DNA of 64,000 nucleotides, from assembly GCA_012295275.1 (NCBI GenBank), contig CM022676.1, forward strand, positions 8,866,001-8,930,000. Reading direction: 5' to 3'. Made by a program: the position numbers and the translations under genes. Numbering within the stretch: position 1 is the stretch's first letter; each line of letters opens with the position of its first letter. The notes beneath the pieces were generated by a model. That model ran no database searches. It was not told the origin of the DNA and was given only the letters and a program-made list of their open reading frames with translations. Positions 1 to 13,345 of this stretch are shown here, piece by piece. The stretch is from Chrysomallon squamiferum (taxonomy: Eukaryota > Animalia > Mollusca).

Positions 1-405
1 TTTTATTTTATTTTTTTATTTCAATTATCTATTTATGTGTTTGTTTCATTTCAGTTTATTTCTATTATTTCAGTTTTCTTCATAGTTTATCTATCTATTT
101 ATTTATAGATTTATTTATTTTTCTTTTCTCTTTCATTTATGTTGTTCATATTATTTATTTCCTTTGATTTATTTCTTTATTTGTGTTTAGGTCCTATCAT
201 GTACAATAAATTAACATTTTTTATTATTACAGTTTTTACGAGATGATATTATAGATACTATTTTAATGTTTTATTATTATAATATTGTTTGCTTAGATGA
301 TATCCTGACTCTAATTTAATGGTTTGTTTATTCTATCAAGGACCCTAACTGAACATTTTTCCGTTACAATAGTTTGTACTGTTTTTGCATTATTTATTCA
401 TTCAT

Positions 406-456
<51 letters not shown>

Positions 457-460
457 TAAC

Positions 461-521
<61 letters not shown>

Positions 522-1029
522 TTTTATTTTGTTTTTTATTTATTATTATCACAAACTCTCCATTGCAAATGTTATGGTTCTATTTTATACATAATGGTTA
601 CCCTTAATGTTTAGAAAAAAAAAAAAAAAAGGTTTGTTTAACAATCTTGTTTTGTTACCTTTTTATTTGTTTTTATTTTTGTTGTTGTTTTTTTGTAACA
701 ATTCTGCATCATCACACAACTTTATGTTAAACAGTTCAGACGAATAAGTACATTTATGTTAAGTAATATTAATACTAACATACTTTATACACAGAATATC
801 ACCAAAACCAAAACCGCAAATAATAACATTGTTAACAACATTGAACCACTTTTTAGTGTTACAGTTGAGGAATGGTAGAACCTATCGTCCCATTTTGGCA
901 CACGCGATCACATCCACAAAGTCAATAACTTTATTATAATGATATTGAGCATACACTTGCTTAACCTGGAGATTTTGTAATTATTATAAATATCTGCTTT
1001 CTTTTTCTTTTTTTTATCTTTTGGAATTA

Positions 1030-1754
1030 CAGTATTCCCTCGCTATTCGCGGGGGTTACGTTCTTTACCCCCCCCCGCGAATAGCGAAAAACCGCGAATA
1101 TTGGATGCAGTTTTAAAACGTCTATTATGAGATTATATACGGTACTAAATGCTTCCCAAACACTTTCTAAAGACACTCTTACTCATTAATACAGTAATAA
1201 TGTAGTAATATTGCATGCAGTTATGTATTTCACTAATGTAGTAATGATAATGTAAACACATTTTAATTTTGTACTGAAACAATATTTTAATCAGAAAGAA
1301 ACGTAAGTACAGGAGGACAGTAACACCGCATAGCATAGTTACCCATACTGTATTACTGTACCGTAAAGTCATTTTCTATGCGTACAACATATGTATTAGA
1401 ACTGACAGAAAGTGGAACAAATTTAAAGGCAAACAGACAGATAAATACAGTACGCACAGTTCAGGTAATAATAATACAATTCAGTAATAATATGCAATCA
1501 AAAACATTATTAATACACGGTCACAAAAAATATGCACTGTACATACAGTGTATGCATTTATAAAAAAATACGTACTGTATTGCAATAATAATTGAAAAAA
1601 TTTCATATTGTTTGTGCGGTTTACCGAGCATTTGTTTTTATGACGTTATGACGCTCGCCTGGTATACCAGCATACTATGCGATAGGGTTAAGAGCCTAAC
1701 CCGCGAATATGCGGGGCCGCGAATGGGGAACCGCGAACAGGTGAGGGTATACTG
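1030..1754. mobile_element. Non-autonomous Tc1/mariner-pogo type element (MITE)
   Basis: Imperfect TIRs CAGTATTCCCTCGCTATTCGCGG / CCGCGAACAGGTGAGGGTATACTG flanked by TA. The paralogous site at ~8345-8365 (TTTGGAATTATTATT) is empty. Confidence 0.8.
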
Positions 1755-2223
1755 TAATATTATTATTATTATTTTTGTGTGTGTGTTTTATTTGTTGTAT
1801 TTTTTGTTGTATTTTGAATTCAGTTGTTGACTAATTTCAAGTATCTACTTACGGATGTTTCTTTCTGGGAAAGATTAACTGAATCCAGTTCTTTAGTTGA
1901 GAAAAAACTACAAAATGCGAAAAACATGCATGGATGCCTGAAGTGATTCTTTTAAATAGTTGTTAATAATATTAATACTAATAAGAAGAAGAAGAAGAAG
2001 AAGAAAAAATATTATGCGAATAATAATAACAGTTTACTTACTTATTTATTTGTCTTTTTTGTTTGTTTTAATTTAATTATTTATAGATATACTTTGTTTT
2101 ATTTTACTGATTTATTTTTATTTATTATTATTATAATATATTTTTTCTTTTTACTTTCTTTTTAAAAAGAAAAAAAAATCTTCTTTAGCAGTATAATTTT
2201 TGGAGCAAGTACATTTTCAAGAA

Positions 2224-2278
2224 ATGGAGATCAGTAGAAACATCATTATATTTTTACAAACATTTAGCACTTGCTCAG
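2224..2278 (+). pseudogene. Orphan copy of the family A signal-peptide exon, donor mutated (CAG|TT)
   Basis: MEISRNIIIFLQTFSTCS aligns to the A1-A3 signal exon. Further crippled copies at ~8680, ~9997, ~16230, ~16658, ~21490, ~21913 and ~24230. Confidence 0.7.
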
Positions 2279-2973
2279 TTAAATTCTGTTCCATGTAATT
2301 TATATATCATTGGAAAGACATAACCACCACCACCACCGACCCACCCACCCACACCGACCCCCCCACACATACACACATTTTCGTAACAAACTGTTTACTG
2401 AACAACAAGAAGAAGACCAAAAATAGCAAGAAGAAGAACAACAACAATCAAAATAATAAGGAGAAGAGAAACAATAACAGCAGCAGCAGCAGCAGAAACA
2501 ACAACAACAACAACAACAACAACAATAACAACAATAATAATAATGAAAAGAACACTAAGCCTCAGTACAGATGGGACAAGTCTGTTCTTTCGTCAAACTG
2601 CAACATTGATACATTATTTTGAAATAATGACGTCAATTACATCTACGTCGCTCATTACGAAATCAGTCAAGGTCATCAGATTTATCTTTTTGCATGAAGA
2701 GGATTTCGATTTGGTAAAATTTTACATTTGTTCTTTAAAATATCCATTGACTTGAAATTTTCATTATTATTATTATTATTATTATTTATTTATTTTTTTA
2801 TTTTATTTTTTATTTTTTTATTTTAGTACAGTGAATATATATATATATATAAGTATAAATAAACAATATATTCATTCTAATGAAAGAAAATACTAAATAC
2901 TATACGGTTCGAATATTCTCTGAAATGTAGCTTTTTAAGTACCAAATTAACCATCCAATAAAACAAACCAGTT

Positions 2974-3009
<36 letters not shown>

Positions 3010-3225
3010 GAAAATTTCGGAGCAGACGGCAAAAGCTAACACGGCATTAGGGAAGGCTCGGATTTATTCGCGTATTCGGCCGAGATAATCCGAATATTCA
3101 CATTTGGCGATGTGGTGACTGGCCATTTGAAGCCCTGTATCATTATTACTCTCTTAATAATTGTTATTGTTGTTGTTGTTAGTGTTACTATTCATTTTAT
3201 TATTGATGTTGTTGTTCTCATTATA

Positions 3226-3273
<48 letters not shown>

Positions 3274-3623
3274 GCAGTAGACCGATCATCTCCGATTTTG
3301 ATAAAATTTACTTTATGATTTTTCGATCCATATTAATAATGGAAACATTCAAAAACCTGTGTCCAGGTTCTTATTAATTTTGAAATTACAGTTGATCTCC
3401 CCAGCATTTGTGAAATGGATGTCGGGAATCGGCATAACTGGTACAAGTTAAACGAAGGGATGGTACAGAACAATGTTCAAATTACTTGTTTGTCAAAATA
3501 CTCCTATAAGTAATATTCCATCAAAGGAATTTACTATTAACAAGTTTATTATTATTTGCAATTAAATAAAAACCAAGTATCATTGCGGGCGAGTTTATTT
3601 ATATATATTGTTTTGTAACATTC

Positions 3624-3656
<33 letters not shown>

Positions 3657-4056
3657 GGTGTGGGTTTGGATGTGGGTGTGTCGGTGTGTGAAATGTAAGA
3701 TAGTTTCTTTGGCTCTGCAAGTAAAAGGTCGCCACGCATTGTGATAATGAATATTCATGAGAATGTGACGTTGAGTTGGCGATGCGCTGTTAATAATAAT
3801 CATTTTTTTATATTCAGTGGATCAAGCGCGTATCTCTTTTCGAAGCACGAAGAAAATATTTTAAAAAGTTATGAATGTATCTTTATACAGTGGCATGTTA
3901 AAACATTTGTAGCGATCACTAAAATTCATGCGCAATAATTTAGCAATGCAAAGTCTGCTATAGCAGCCTTGATTACACAGGCATCGTGAGAAGTCGGAGA
4001 TTTCACAGGAATCGAATCGCGTCTCCTCGAAACGTCAGAGGTGGTCATTTGTAAAA

Positions 4057-4700
4057 CTTACAAGTTTTTCGAGTTAAGAGCAGTCGCCGGGGCAGATTTT
4101 TGCTTTGAGTTGTAGGCCTAAATCCGAGTTACGAGCGACCTTCAGATGGGACGCCGCTAATTGGCGTAACGAACAACGTAACATCCGGCCAGCATCCCGC
4201 GTCTCACTCGTTTACTTCACGTGGTTCCTCGCCGCGGAAGTCTCTCTGTTGAGTTGTGCTCGCGTTATGTGGAGTATTTTCCCAAATTTCCATGGGTCGT
4301 AAGAAAATTAGTGCAAAGGATAATACTGAGAACAAGAATCGGATGATCTTATTGCATTAAAGCTTGAATTCATAGAAAATGTGAGTGACTTGGCTTGGCA
4401 GAACGAGCGTAGTATTTCCACGATGTGTACCATACCGAAGCTGAAGGAGTCGATAAAGGCTGTAACTCCAGGCAAAGGCGTTGAAATAATTTGTCTGAAA
4501 TCAAAGATATGTACACTTTACGAAACGAATTTATTTCTTTACCGTCTGTCTCTTTTTTTTTTCTTTTTTTTTTTTTTTTTTATACAATATTTGTCATTTA
4601 TACATACATTTTTCTTATTTAAAAACACGTTACAAATAAAAAAGAATTAAAAAATTGGAGTGGATTTTGAGGGCCTGGAACTTAAGTAAAGGTACCACTG
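4057..4700 (+). mobile_element. Tigger/pogo-derived element, 5' end lost
   Basis: Remnant DLAWQNERSISTMCTIPKLKESIKAVTPGKGVEII resembles the N-terminal HTH (psq/CENP-B type) of Tigger transposases. Right TIR AAGGTACCACTG at 4689-4700. Confidence 0.75.
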
Positions 4701-5264
4701 TTTATTGTTTAAGTACAAGACACGTGAACTGGTGAAAGCAAAAGGGCAAAACAATGGCTTAACAGCCAATCTAGATAAACGGGTGTCGGGTATTGCTGCC
4801 GCTACTGTGTTCGTAAGCCGTAGGTGATGTCGTGCCTGGCATCTCTTACAGTATGTAGCGAGATCTCTGAAAGGTAAAGCCTATTGTCCCATTTTGGCAC
4901 TCGCTACTGCTTCCAGAAAGCTAATAACTTTATTATAAAGACATGGAGCAGACATTTGCTTTGTTACATATTTCATAGCTGGAGAATTTAATATTCTTAT
5001 ACATATCTGTGTAGTTTTTAGTCTTTTTATCATTTGGAATGTTTTATTCTTTTCTTCTTTGTTTTTTTGTATTTTGGAATTCTGTTGATGACTGATTTGA
5101 AGTATGTTCCTATGGATGTTTCTTTATGAGATAGATTATCTGAGTCCAGTAAAGTATTAATATTGTTGTTGAGTTGCAAAGTTGAGATAAAAAACTACGA
5201 AATGCAAAAAATATGCTTTCATGCCTGAAGTGATTCTTAAAAATATTTATGAATATATTAATAA

Positions 5265-5420
<156 letters not shown>

Positions 5421-5473
5421 TACATTTTCTTCTTTAGGTATATTAATTTTGGTACAAGAATATTTTTGAAAAA

Positions 5474-6599
5474 ATGGCGTTCAGTGGAAACATCATTATA
5501 TTTCTACTGTGCTTTAGCATGTGCGCAGGTAAAATGTGTTTGAGATAAATTGTTTTTCATTTGCACCAAATTTATTTATCACTGAGAACACGCACAGGCA
5601 AGCTACTTTCACAAATAATTTAGTGGACCAGCTACTTTGCAAATAATTCAGTATATCAACTACTTTCTCAAAACATTCTATACATTAACTACTTTCGCAA
5701 ATAATTCAGTAGATTATCTAGTTCTTCAAATAAATCTCTACATTAACTATTTTCGTGAATAATTCAGTACATTAGCTACTTTCTCAATTAATTCAGTACA
5801 TAAGCTATATTCTCAAATAATTCAGTGCATTAGCTCTTTTCTCAAATAATTGAGTACATCAGCTGGTCTGTCAAATAATGCAGTACATTGGTGAGAGAGA
5901 GAGAGAGAGTGTTTTCACTTAGTGTTTTTAAACTTTTGTTCCAGCAATACAGATGTCTTTTAGTTCGTCGGCGTTGACAGCGGTAAAGAATCAGCCTTTT
6001 TCGTTTACGTGCACTGTGTCAGAATTACCTTATCACGGTGGCTTAATAAGAATCATTTTTGATAAATTCGTTGCTGCTTCATTTGCTCAGTCATGGCAAA
6101 AATGTCAGAACATCGACGGCTTTCTGCTTCGTGGCTTCACAACTGTTTGTGGAGAAGGAACTGATGATCCTTGTTCTGAAACCAAAAAATATATAGTAAC
6201 GACTGAGAAAGTGACTGAGCTTAGATACAAAACATGGTGGTGTGAAGAAGAGTATTCCAAGACAGCTAGCAATAATGTAACTGTAAGTCTCAAAGTAAGT
6301 AGAGATGAATTATATTTTGCGTGTGCGCGAGTTGTGTGCATGGATATTTCTTTTGTGTGTTTGCGGGCGTGTTTCTTTTATTTTTCTCTATATATGTGGG
6401 TTTATCTTATTGTTTGTGCGTATTTGTTTGATTCTCATATTTTATGTGTGCGTGTCTTTTTTTTTCTTCTTTTTTTGAGTGTATTCATATGTCTATGTTG
6501 CAGACACAGTGTGTTTTGCAATAACAACAAATCCAGTAATGAGGAATACAATAGAAAGAAAATGTTTTAAACATTTGTTTTATTTCTCAGGAAGATTGA
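5474..6599 (+). CDS. Family A gene A1: secreted single Ig-like domain protein, 137 aa; coding exons 5474-5528, 5945-6294, 6591-6599
   Basis: Signal-peptide exon MAFSGNIIIFLLCFSMCA ends CAG|GTAAAA (phase 1). Acceptor TTCCAG|CA leads into AIQMSFSSS...FTCTVSELP...VCGEGTDDPCSETKKYIVTTEKVTELRYKTWWCEE...NNVTVSLK, donor AAA|GTAAGT (phase 0). Last coding exon CAG|GAA GAT TGA. Same exon layout and phases in A2 and A3. The Ig-like call comes from the F-x-C ... Y-x-V/L-T ... W-x-C pattern, not a database hit. Confidence 0.8.
5600..5890 (+). repeat. Imperfect ~29-30 bp minisatellite in the family A signal/Ig intron
   Basis: About 10 units like AGCTACTTTC(G/T)CAAATAATTCAGTACATT. Homologous arrays at ~13490-13630, ~18680-18890 and ~26620-26725. 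Confidence 0.7.
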
Positions 6600-6742
6600 A
6601 AAAAAAAAAAAGCTAGTGACAGAGTACTTTGTGTCTTTCGATGACTTTCGTGTAAGTAAAATAATATTTATTTAATTATTTATTTAAAATGATTAATAAA
6701 TATCAAATATTAGGATTGAATCTAATAATATAGATCTCCGTC

Positions 6743-6787
<45 letters not shown>

Positions 6788-8871
6788 TATAGATATAACA
6801 AATAATTTAATGTATGGGTGCCAAATTAATTCAAAATCTTTGCTATTGTAGATTAGTCAGCTTAATCCACATAGCTGGATTACCAACAATCACCACTGAA
6901 ATAATATTCGATTGACATTTGTTTCCATTATTCCTGTTGCAGTTTCCAAATTTGTTCTATTTTCTTTGTAATTTTTAGAAAATGCGGTTAGTAGACGTAT
7001 ATATTTTCCTTTATTTTTTCTTGTATTTTTAGTCATTTATATTCTCCTGTTTTTTAAATTCAAAGATTATTAATATTATTATTAATATATATAAATATAT
7101 ATTTTTTTACAATCTAAATAAAAATATTTTACTGCTTACTACCACGGAGATTAATAAATTGATATTTTAGAATAACAAAAGAAGGAATTTTAATGAGTAA
7201 AAGATTGTTTGATTTCAATTATTTATTTATTTATTTTATTTTATTTTATTTTATTTTATTTTATTTTATTTTATTTGAAATTCGTTACTTATTTTCTTTT
7301 AATTTATTTATTAATTTTAATTTTATTTAATTTACTTTAATTTTATTCTATTTTATTTTAGTTATTTATTTATGTGTCCCTCTCATTTGAGTTTATTTGT
7401 TTTATTTCACTTTTATTCCTAATTTATTTATTTATTTATTTATTTATACTTTTATTTATTATTTGTTTCTTCTCTTTCATTTATTTTGTTCATTTTATTT
7501 ATTTCTTTTGATTTATTTGTTTGTTTGTTTTTAGGTCTTATAATGAACCGTAAAGGAACATTTTTTATTACAATATTTTTTTTTTTTTCAGATGATGTTA
7601 TGTATACTATCTTAATGCTTTTATATTATAATATTTTTTGCTTAGATGGTATGATGTCTCTAACTGAAAGTTTGTTTTTAATTCTATCGTTGACCCTAGC
7701 TTAACATGTTTTTGTTATAATAGTTTGTACTTTTTTATTTCTTTATTTCTTTATCTATTTATTAGTGTTATTATTATTAGTAGTAGTATTAGTATTAGTA
7801 TTAATAATAATAATAATAATAATACTGTATTAAGTTTCAATCGCTCCATTGCAAATGTAATTGTTCTATTTTATACATAATGGTTACTCTTAATGTTTAG
7901 AAAAAAAAAAAAAAAAAAAGGTTTCTGTAACAAACTTGTGTTATTATTTTTTTTATTTATCTTTTTATTTTTGTTGTTGTTTTGTTGTTGTTGGTGCTGC
8001 AGTTGTTGCTGTTTTTGTTGTTATAACGATTCTGCATCATCACAAAACTTTGTGTTTAAGATTTCAGACGAATCTGTACAATTTTATTAGATAATAATAA
8101 TACTAACATATTCTTAGACGGAACATCACCAAGAAATGCTGTAACAACATTGAACCACTTTTTAGTGTTACAGTTGATGAATGGTAGAACCTATTGTCCC
8201 ATTTTGGCACACGCGATCACATCCACAAAGTCAATATCTTTATTATGAAGATATTGAGCATACATTTGCTTTGTTACATATTTCATACCCGGCGATTTTG
8301 AAATTATAATACATATCTGTGCATTTTTTTTTTTTTTTTTATTCATTTGGAATTATTATTATTATTTTGGGATTTTTTTTTTTTTGTTATATTTTGAATT
8401 CAGTTACTGAAAGTATCTACCTATGGATGTTTCTTTATTGAAAACATTAACTGAGTCTAGTAAAATATTGATATTTTAGTTATGTTCTAAACTTGAGAAA
8501 ACATTAGAAAATGCAAAAACAACAATAATAAGAATAACAACAATAATAACAATAACAACAACAACAACAACAATAATAATAATAATAATAATAACAATAA
8601 TAAATGAATGAATAATGAACAGTTTACTAATTTATTTATTTGTCTTTTTTGTTTGTTTTAATTTCGTTTATTTTCAAGAAAAGGAGATCAGTAGAAACAT
8701 CATTATACTTTTACTAACCTTTAGCACTTGCTCAGGTAAATGCTATTCTACATAATTTATATATCAGTGGGAAGACACACACACACCCTCCCATACACAA
8801 GCACAAATACAAATTATTTTCGTAATAAACAGTTTACTGAAGAAGAAAAGACCAATATTAGCAACAACACC

Positions 8872-8902
<31 letters not shown>

Positions 8903-9267
8903 TTAAAGACATTTGTGAAACTGGAGTTGTAAAACATAGGTTAAATGATTAAGTTTTTTTTTTTTTTTGCTTTTGAAACAATTTCAAGTAATTACTTTTT
9001 TTATTTTATTTTAGTGTACAGTGAATAAATATAATTATAAATAAACAATATACTGACTCTGATGAAAGAAAATCCTAATTACTACAGGGTTCGAAATTTG
9101 TCTGAAATGTAGCTTTTGAAGTACCAAATTAACCAACCAATTCGAGCCCTGTACCATTATTACTGTCTTTATCATTGCTATTGTTGCTGTTGTTGTTACT
9201 CTTACTATTTATTTTAATGTTAATATTGTAGTTGTCATTGTAATTATTATTATCATTATTATTATTA

Positions 9268-9336
<69 letters not shown>

Positions 9337-10095
9337 AAAATATTCAAACATGTGTGTCCAAGTTCTTATTAAGTTTGAAATTACAGCTGATCAGAGACAG
9401 AGCTTATGGTTCCATTTTTGCACTCGCGACTACATCCAGAAAGCTAATAATTTTATTATAAAGATATTGAGCAGACATTTGCTTCATTATATGTTTCATA
9501 CCAGGAGAATTTAAAATTGTTATACATATTTCTGTAGTTTAGTTTTTTATCATTTGGAACATTTTATATACATATATGTGTGTGTGTGTGTGTGTGTACA
9601 TTCGTATTTTGGAAGTCTATGAATATTTGTCATAGACACAAAATTTTGACTGATTTGAAGAAGGTATGCATGGATGTTTCTTTATGTGAATGATTAACTG
9701 AGTCCAGTAAAATATTAATATGTAAGGTTCTAAATTTGAGGAAAAACTATAAAATGCGAAAAATATGCATGCATACCTGAAGTGATTCTTAAAAATAGTT
9801 GTTGTTAATAATAATAATAATAAAAATAATAATAAATAATGAACAAAGTTTACATATTTATTTATTTACTTTGTTTTATTTTATTGATTTATTTTATTTA
9901 TTATTATTATAATTTATTTTTGTTTTTTCCTTTTTTCTAAAAAGAAAAAAATCTTCTTTAGCTCTATCATTTTTGGTGAAAGAATATTTTCAATAAATAG
10001 AGATCAGTAGAAAAATCATTATATTTTTACTAACCTTTAGCACTTGCTCAGTTAAATTCTGATCTATATAATTGATATATCAATGGGAACACACA

Positions 10096-10144
<49 letters not shown>

Positions 10145-10453
10145 TTTCGTAATCAACAGTTTACTGAACAACAGGAACACCAACAAGAGGAAGAGCAACA
10201 AGTACAACAATTATAATAATAATGAAAGAAAACTAAGCATCAATATAGATGGGACAAGTCTGGTCTTTCATCAAACTGTGATATGGTTTTTGACAAACAG
10301 TGTTACATTATTCTGAAATAATGACGTATAATAACTACGTCGCTGATTACGAATTCAGTTAAGGTCACGAGAATTATCTTTTTGCAAGAAGACGATTTCG
10401 ATTTGGTAAAAATTTTCATTTGTTCTTTAAAATATCCATTTCAAATTTTCATA

Positions 10454-10506
<53 letters not shown>

Positions 10507-10988
10507 TTTTTTATTTTTATTTATTTATTTATTTATGTATGTATTTATTTATTATTTATTTACTATTATTTTCTTTTTGAAAAGACATTTGGAAAACTAG
10601 AGTTGTAAAATACAGGTTGAATGATTCAGTTATTTTATATTCTGCTTTCCAAACAACCTCTAATTACATTTCTGTTTTGTTTTGTATTTTTTTTTTTTTT
10701 TTTTTTTGACTATCGTATCAGGTTCAATATGGCTGCCGAAAGACAATGTATAGTTAGCTTTTTATGAAGATTCCTTTTTTTTTTTTTTTTAACTTTTACT
10801 TTGTTCTTACATTAACTAGTTAAGAGGTATCGTACGTAAAGAAATAATTACATTTTTATTTATTTATTTATTTATAAAAATATTTATTTATTTATTTAAG
10901 TATTTATTTATTTATTTTAGTACAGTGAGTAAATATAAATATAAATAAACAATATATTGACTCTAATTTAAGAAAATACTAGATGATA

Positions 10989-11291
10989 CAGGGTTTGAAA
11001 GTTGTCGTCTGAAATGTAGCATTTGAAGTACCAAATTAAACAACTCAGTTGATAAAAAAAGAAAAAAAAGTACAAAATTAACCAACCATTTAAACAAATC
11101 AGTTCAAAAAAAAAAACACAAAAAAAAACGAACAAACGAAAAAAAAGACCGTAAGAAAAAACTGAACACCGTGAAGCAGACGACAGAAGCTAAGACGGCA
11201 TTCGGGAAGGTTCGGATTTATCCGCGTATTCGGCCGATATGATCCGAATACATACATTTGGCGACGTGATGACTGGCGATTTCGAACCCTG
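10989..11291. mobile_element. Short MITE with TIR CAGGGTT(C/T)GAAA, carried along in the family A repeat units
   Basis: TA|CAGGGTTTGAAA ... TTTCGAACCCTG|TA. Copies at 2903-3137, 9085-9151 (internally deleted), 17595-17838 and 22841-23062 (3' truncated). Superfamily not determined. Confidence 0.6.
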
Positions 11292-11374
11292 TACAGTTAT
11301 TACTGTCTTTGTTACTGTTGTTGTTGTTGTTACTGTTACTATTCATTTGAATATTAATGTTGTTATTCCCATTA

Positions 11375-11434
<60 letters not shown>

Positions 11435-11782
11435 TGTAGAGTGATCATCTCCGATTTTGACAAAATTTCATTTAGTTTATTTTTTCATCCATATTAATGA
11501 TGGCAGTATTCAAAGACATGGGTCCAAGTTCTTATTAATTTTGAAATTACAGTTGATCTCCCCAGCATTTGTGAAATGGATGTCGGGAATCGGTGTAACT
11601 GGTGCAAGTTAAACAAAGGGATGGCACAGAAATATTTCAGGGTACAAGTTCTCTGAACAATGTTCAAAGTACTTGTTTGTCGAAAATACTCCTAGAAATA
11701 ATTCCATCAAATGCATTAACTATTAACAAGTTTATTTTATCTGGTTGTTCTGTGAATTATATTCTTTACAAAAAATATACAA

Positions 11783-11814
<32 letters not shown>

Positions 11815-12258
11815 GTAACTGTCTGTATATTATAAATACACGTGTCTGTGTGTGTGTGTGTGTGTGAGAGAGAGAAATGTTAGATCGTTTTTATTGCTGT
11901 GAAAGTAAAAGATCGCTACTCATTGTGATAATGAATATTCATGAGAATGTGACGTTGAGTTGGCGATGCGCTGTTAATAATAATCATTTTTATATTCAGT
12001 GGATCAAGCGCATTTCTGTTTTCGAAGGACGAAGAAAATATTTCAAAAGTGATATATGTATATTTATTTATACAGTTTCAAGTTAAAAATTTAGACCGAT
12101 CACTGAAATTCATGCGCAATAATTCAGCCGTGCAGTAGCCTTGGTTACAGAGGCGTCGTGAGAAGCAGCACATTTCAGAGGAACCGAATCGCATCCGCTC
12201 GAAATGCCAGACAGGTGTAATTTGTGAATACAGCAGTCGCCGCATCGAATTACAGCTA

Positions 12259-12507
12259 CAGTGGTAACTCGACTGACGTGTGGCCCAACTTACGAGTTTT
12301 TCGAGTGAGGAGCAGTCAGTCCCCCGTCGAGTTATTGCTTTGAGTTGTCAGACAAAATTCGAGATACGAGCGAGTTTCAGCTACGCCGCTAGTCGGCCAG
12401 CATCTCGCGTCTCTCATGTTTACTTCACATTGTCCCCTCGTTGTTCCACAACTTGAGATACGAGCTAGGTCCCGGAAAAATTAAACTCGTAAGTCAAGGT
12501 ACCACTG
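12259..12507 (+). mobile_element. Tigger/pogo-derived element, internally deleted
   Basis: TA|CAGTGGTAACTCGACTGACG ... CGTAAGTCAAGGTACCACTG. Same position relative to A2 as the 4057-4700 copy is to A1. Confidence 0.75.
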
Positions 12508-13042
12508 TCTTTTGTTTAAGGATAAGACATGTGAACTGCTGATCCCAAAAGGGCAAAACGATTGCTAATCTAAAGAAATGGGTGGCGGTTGTTGCTGCCG
12601 CTGTTGACGAATGGCGGGCGAACACGACGTAAGCCGTAAGTGATGTCGTGCCCGACATCTGTTATTATATGTAGCGAGACCTCAGAAAGTTAGAGCCTAT
12701 TGTCCCATTTTTGCACTTTCGCGACTACATCCAGAAAGGTAATAATTTTATTATAAAGATATTGAGCTTTGTTTCATTTCATACCTGGATAATTTAATAT
12801 TCTTATACATATCTGTGTAGTTTAGATTTTTATCATTTCGAACATTTTTCTTTCGGACTTTTTTTTATATGAAACTGTGTTGTTGATTGATTTGAAGTAT
12901 AAACCTATGGATGTTACTTTATGGGAAAGATTAACTGAATCCAGTAAAATATTAATATGTAATTAAGTTCCAAAGTTGAAAAAACATTACAAAATGCGAA
13001 AAATACCCATGCATGCCTGTTGAGATTCTTTAAAAAATTTTA

Positions 13043-13127
<85 letters not shown>

Positions 13128-13345
13128 GAAGAAGAAGAAGAAGAAGAAGAAGAAGAAATTGACAATACAATAGGCAAAGTTTTTCTTCATTCTTATTAAA
13201 TGATTAATTAATTAGTAAAATTGTTTGTTTGTTTGTTTGTTTGTCTATTGCTTGTGTTTGTTTGTTTGTTTTGTTTGCTTGCTTGCTTCCAAGTTTGTTT
13301 CTAATTTTTTTTTTTTTTCTTTAGGTACAAGATTATTTTCCTGCA

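Noticed and set aside
5953-6570. 205-aa single-exon ORF with an apparent hydrophobic C-terminus
   Set aside because: Similarity to A2/A3 protein ends at the shared AAA|GTAAGT donor (6295). The remainder is GT/T-rich intron.
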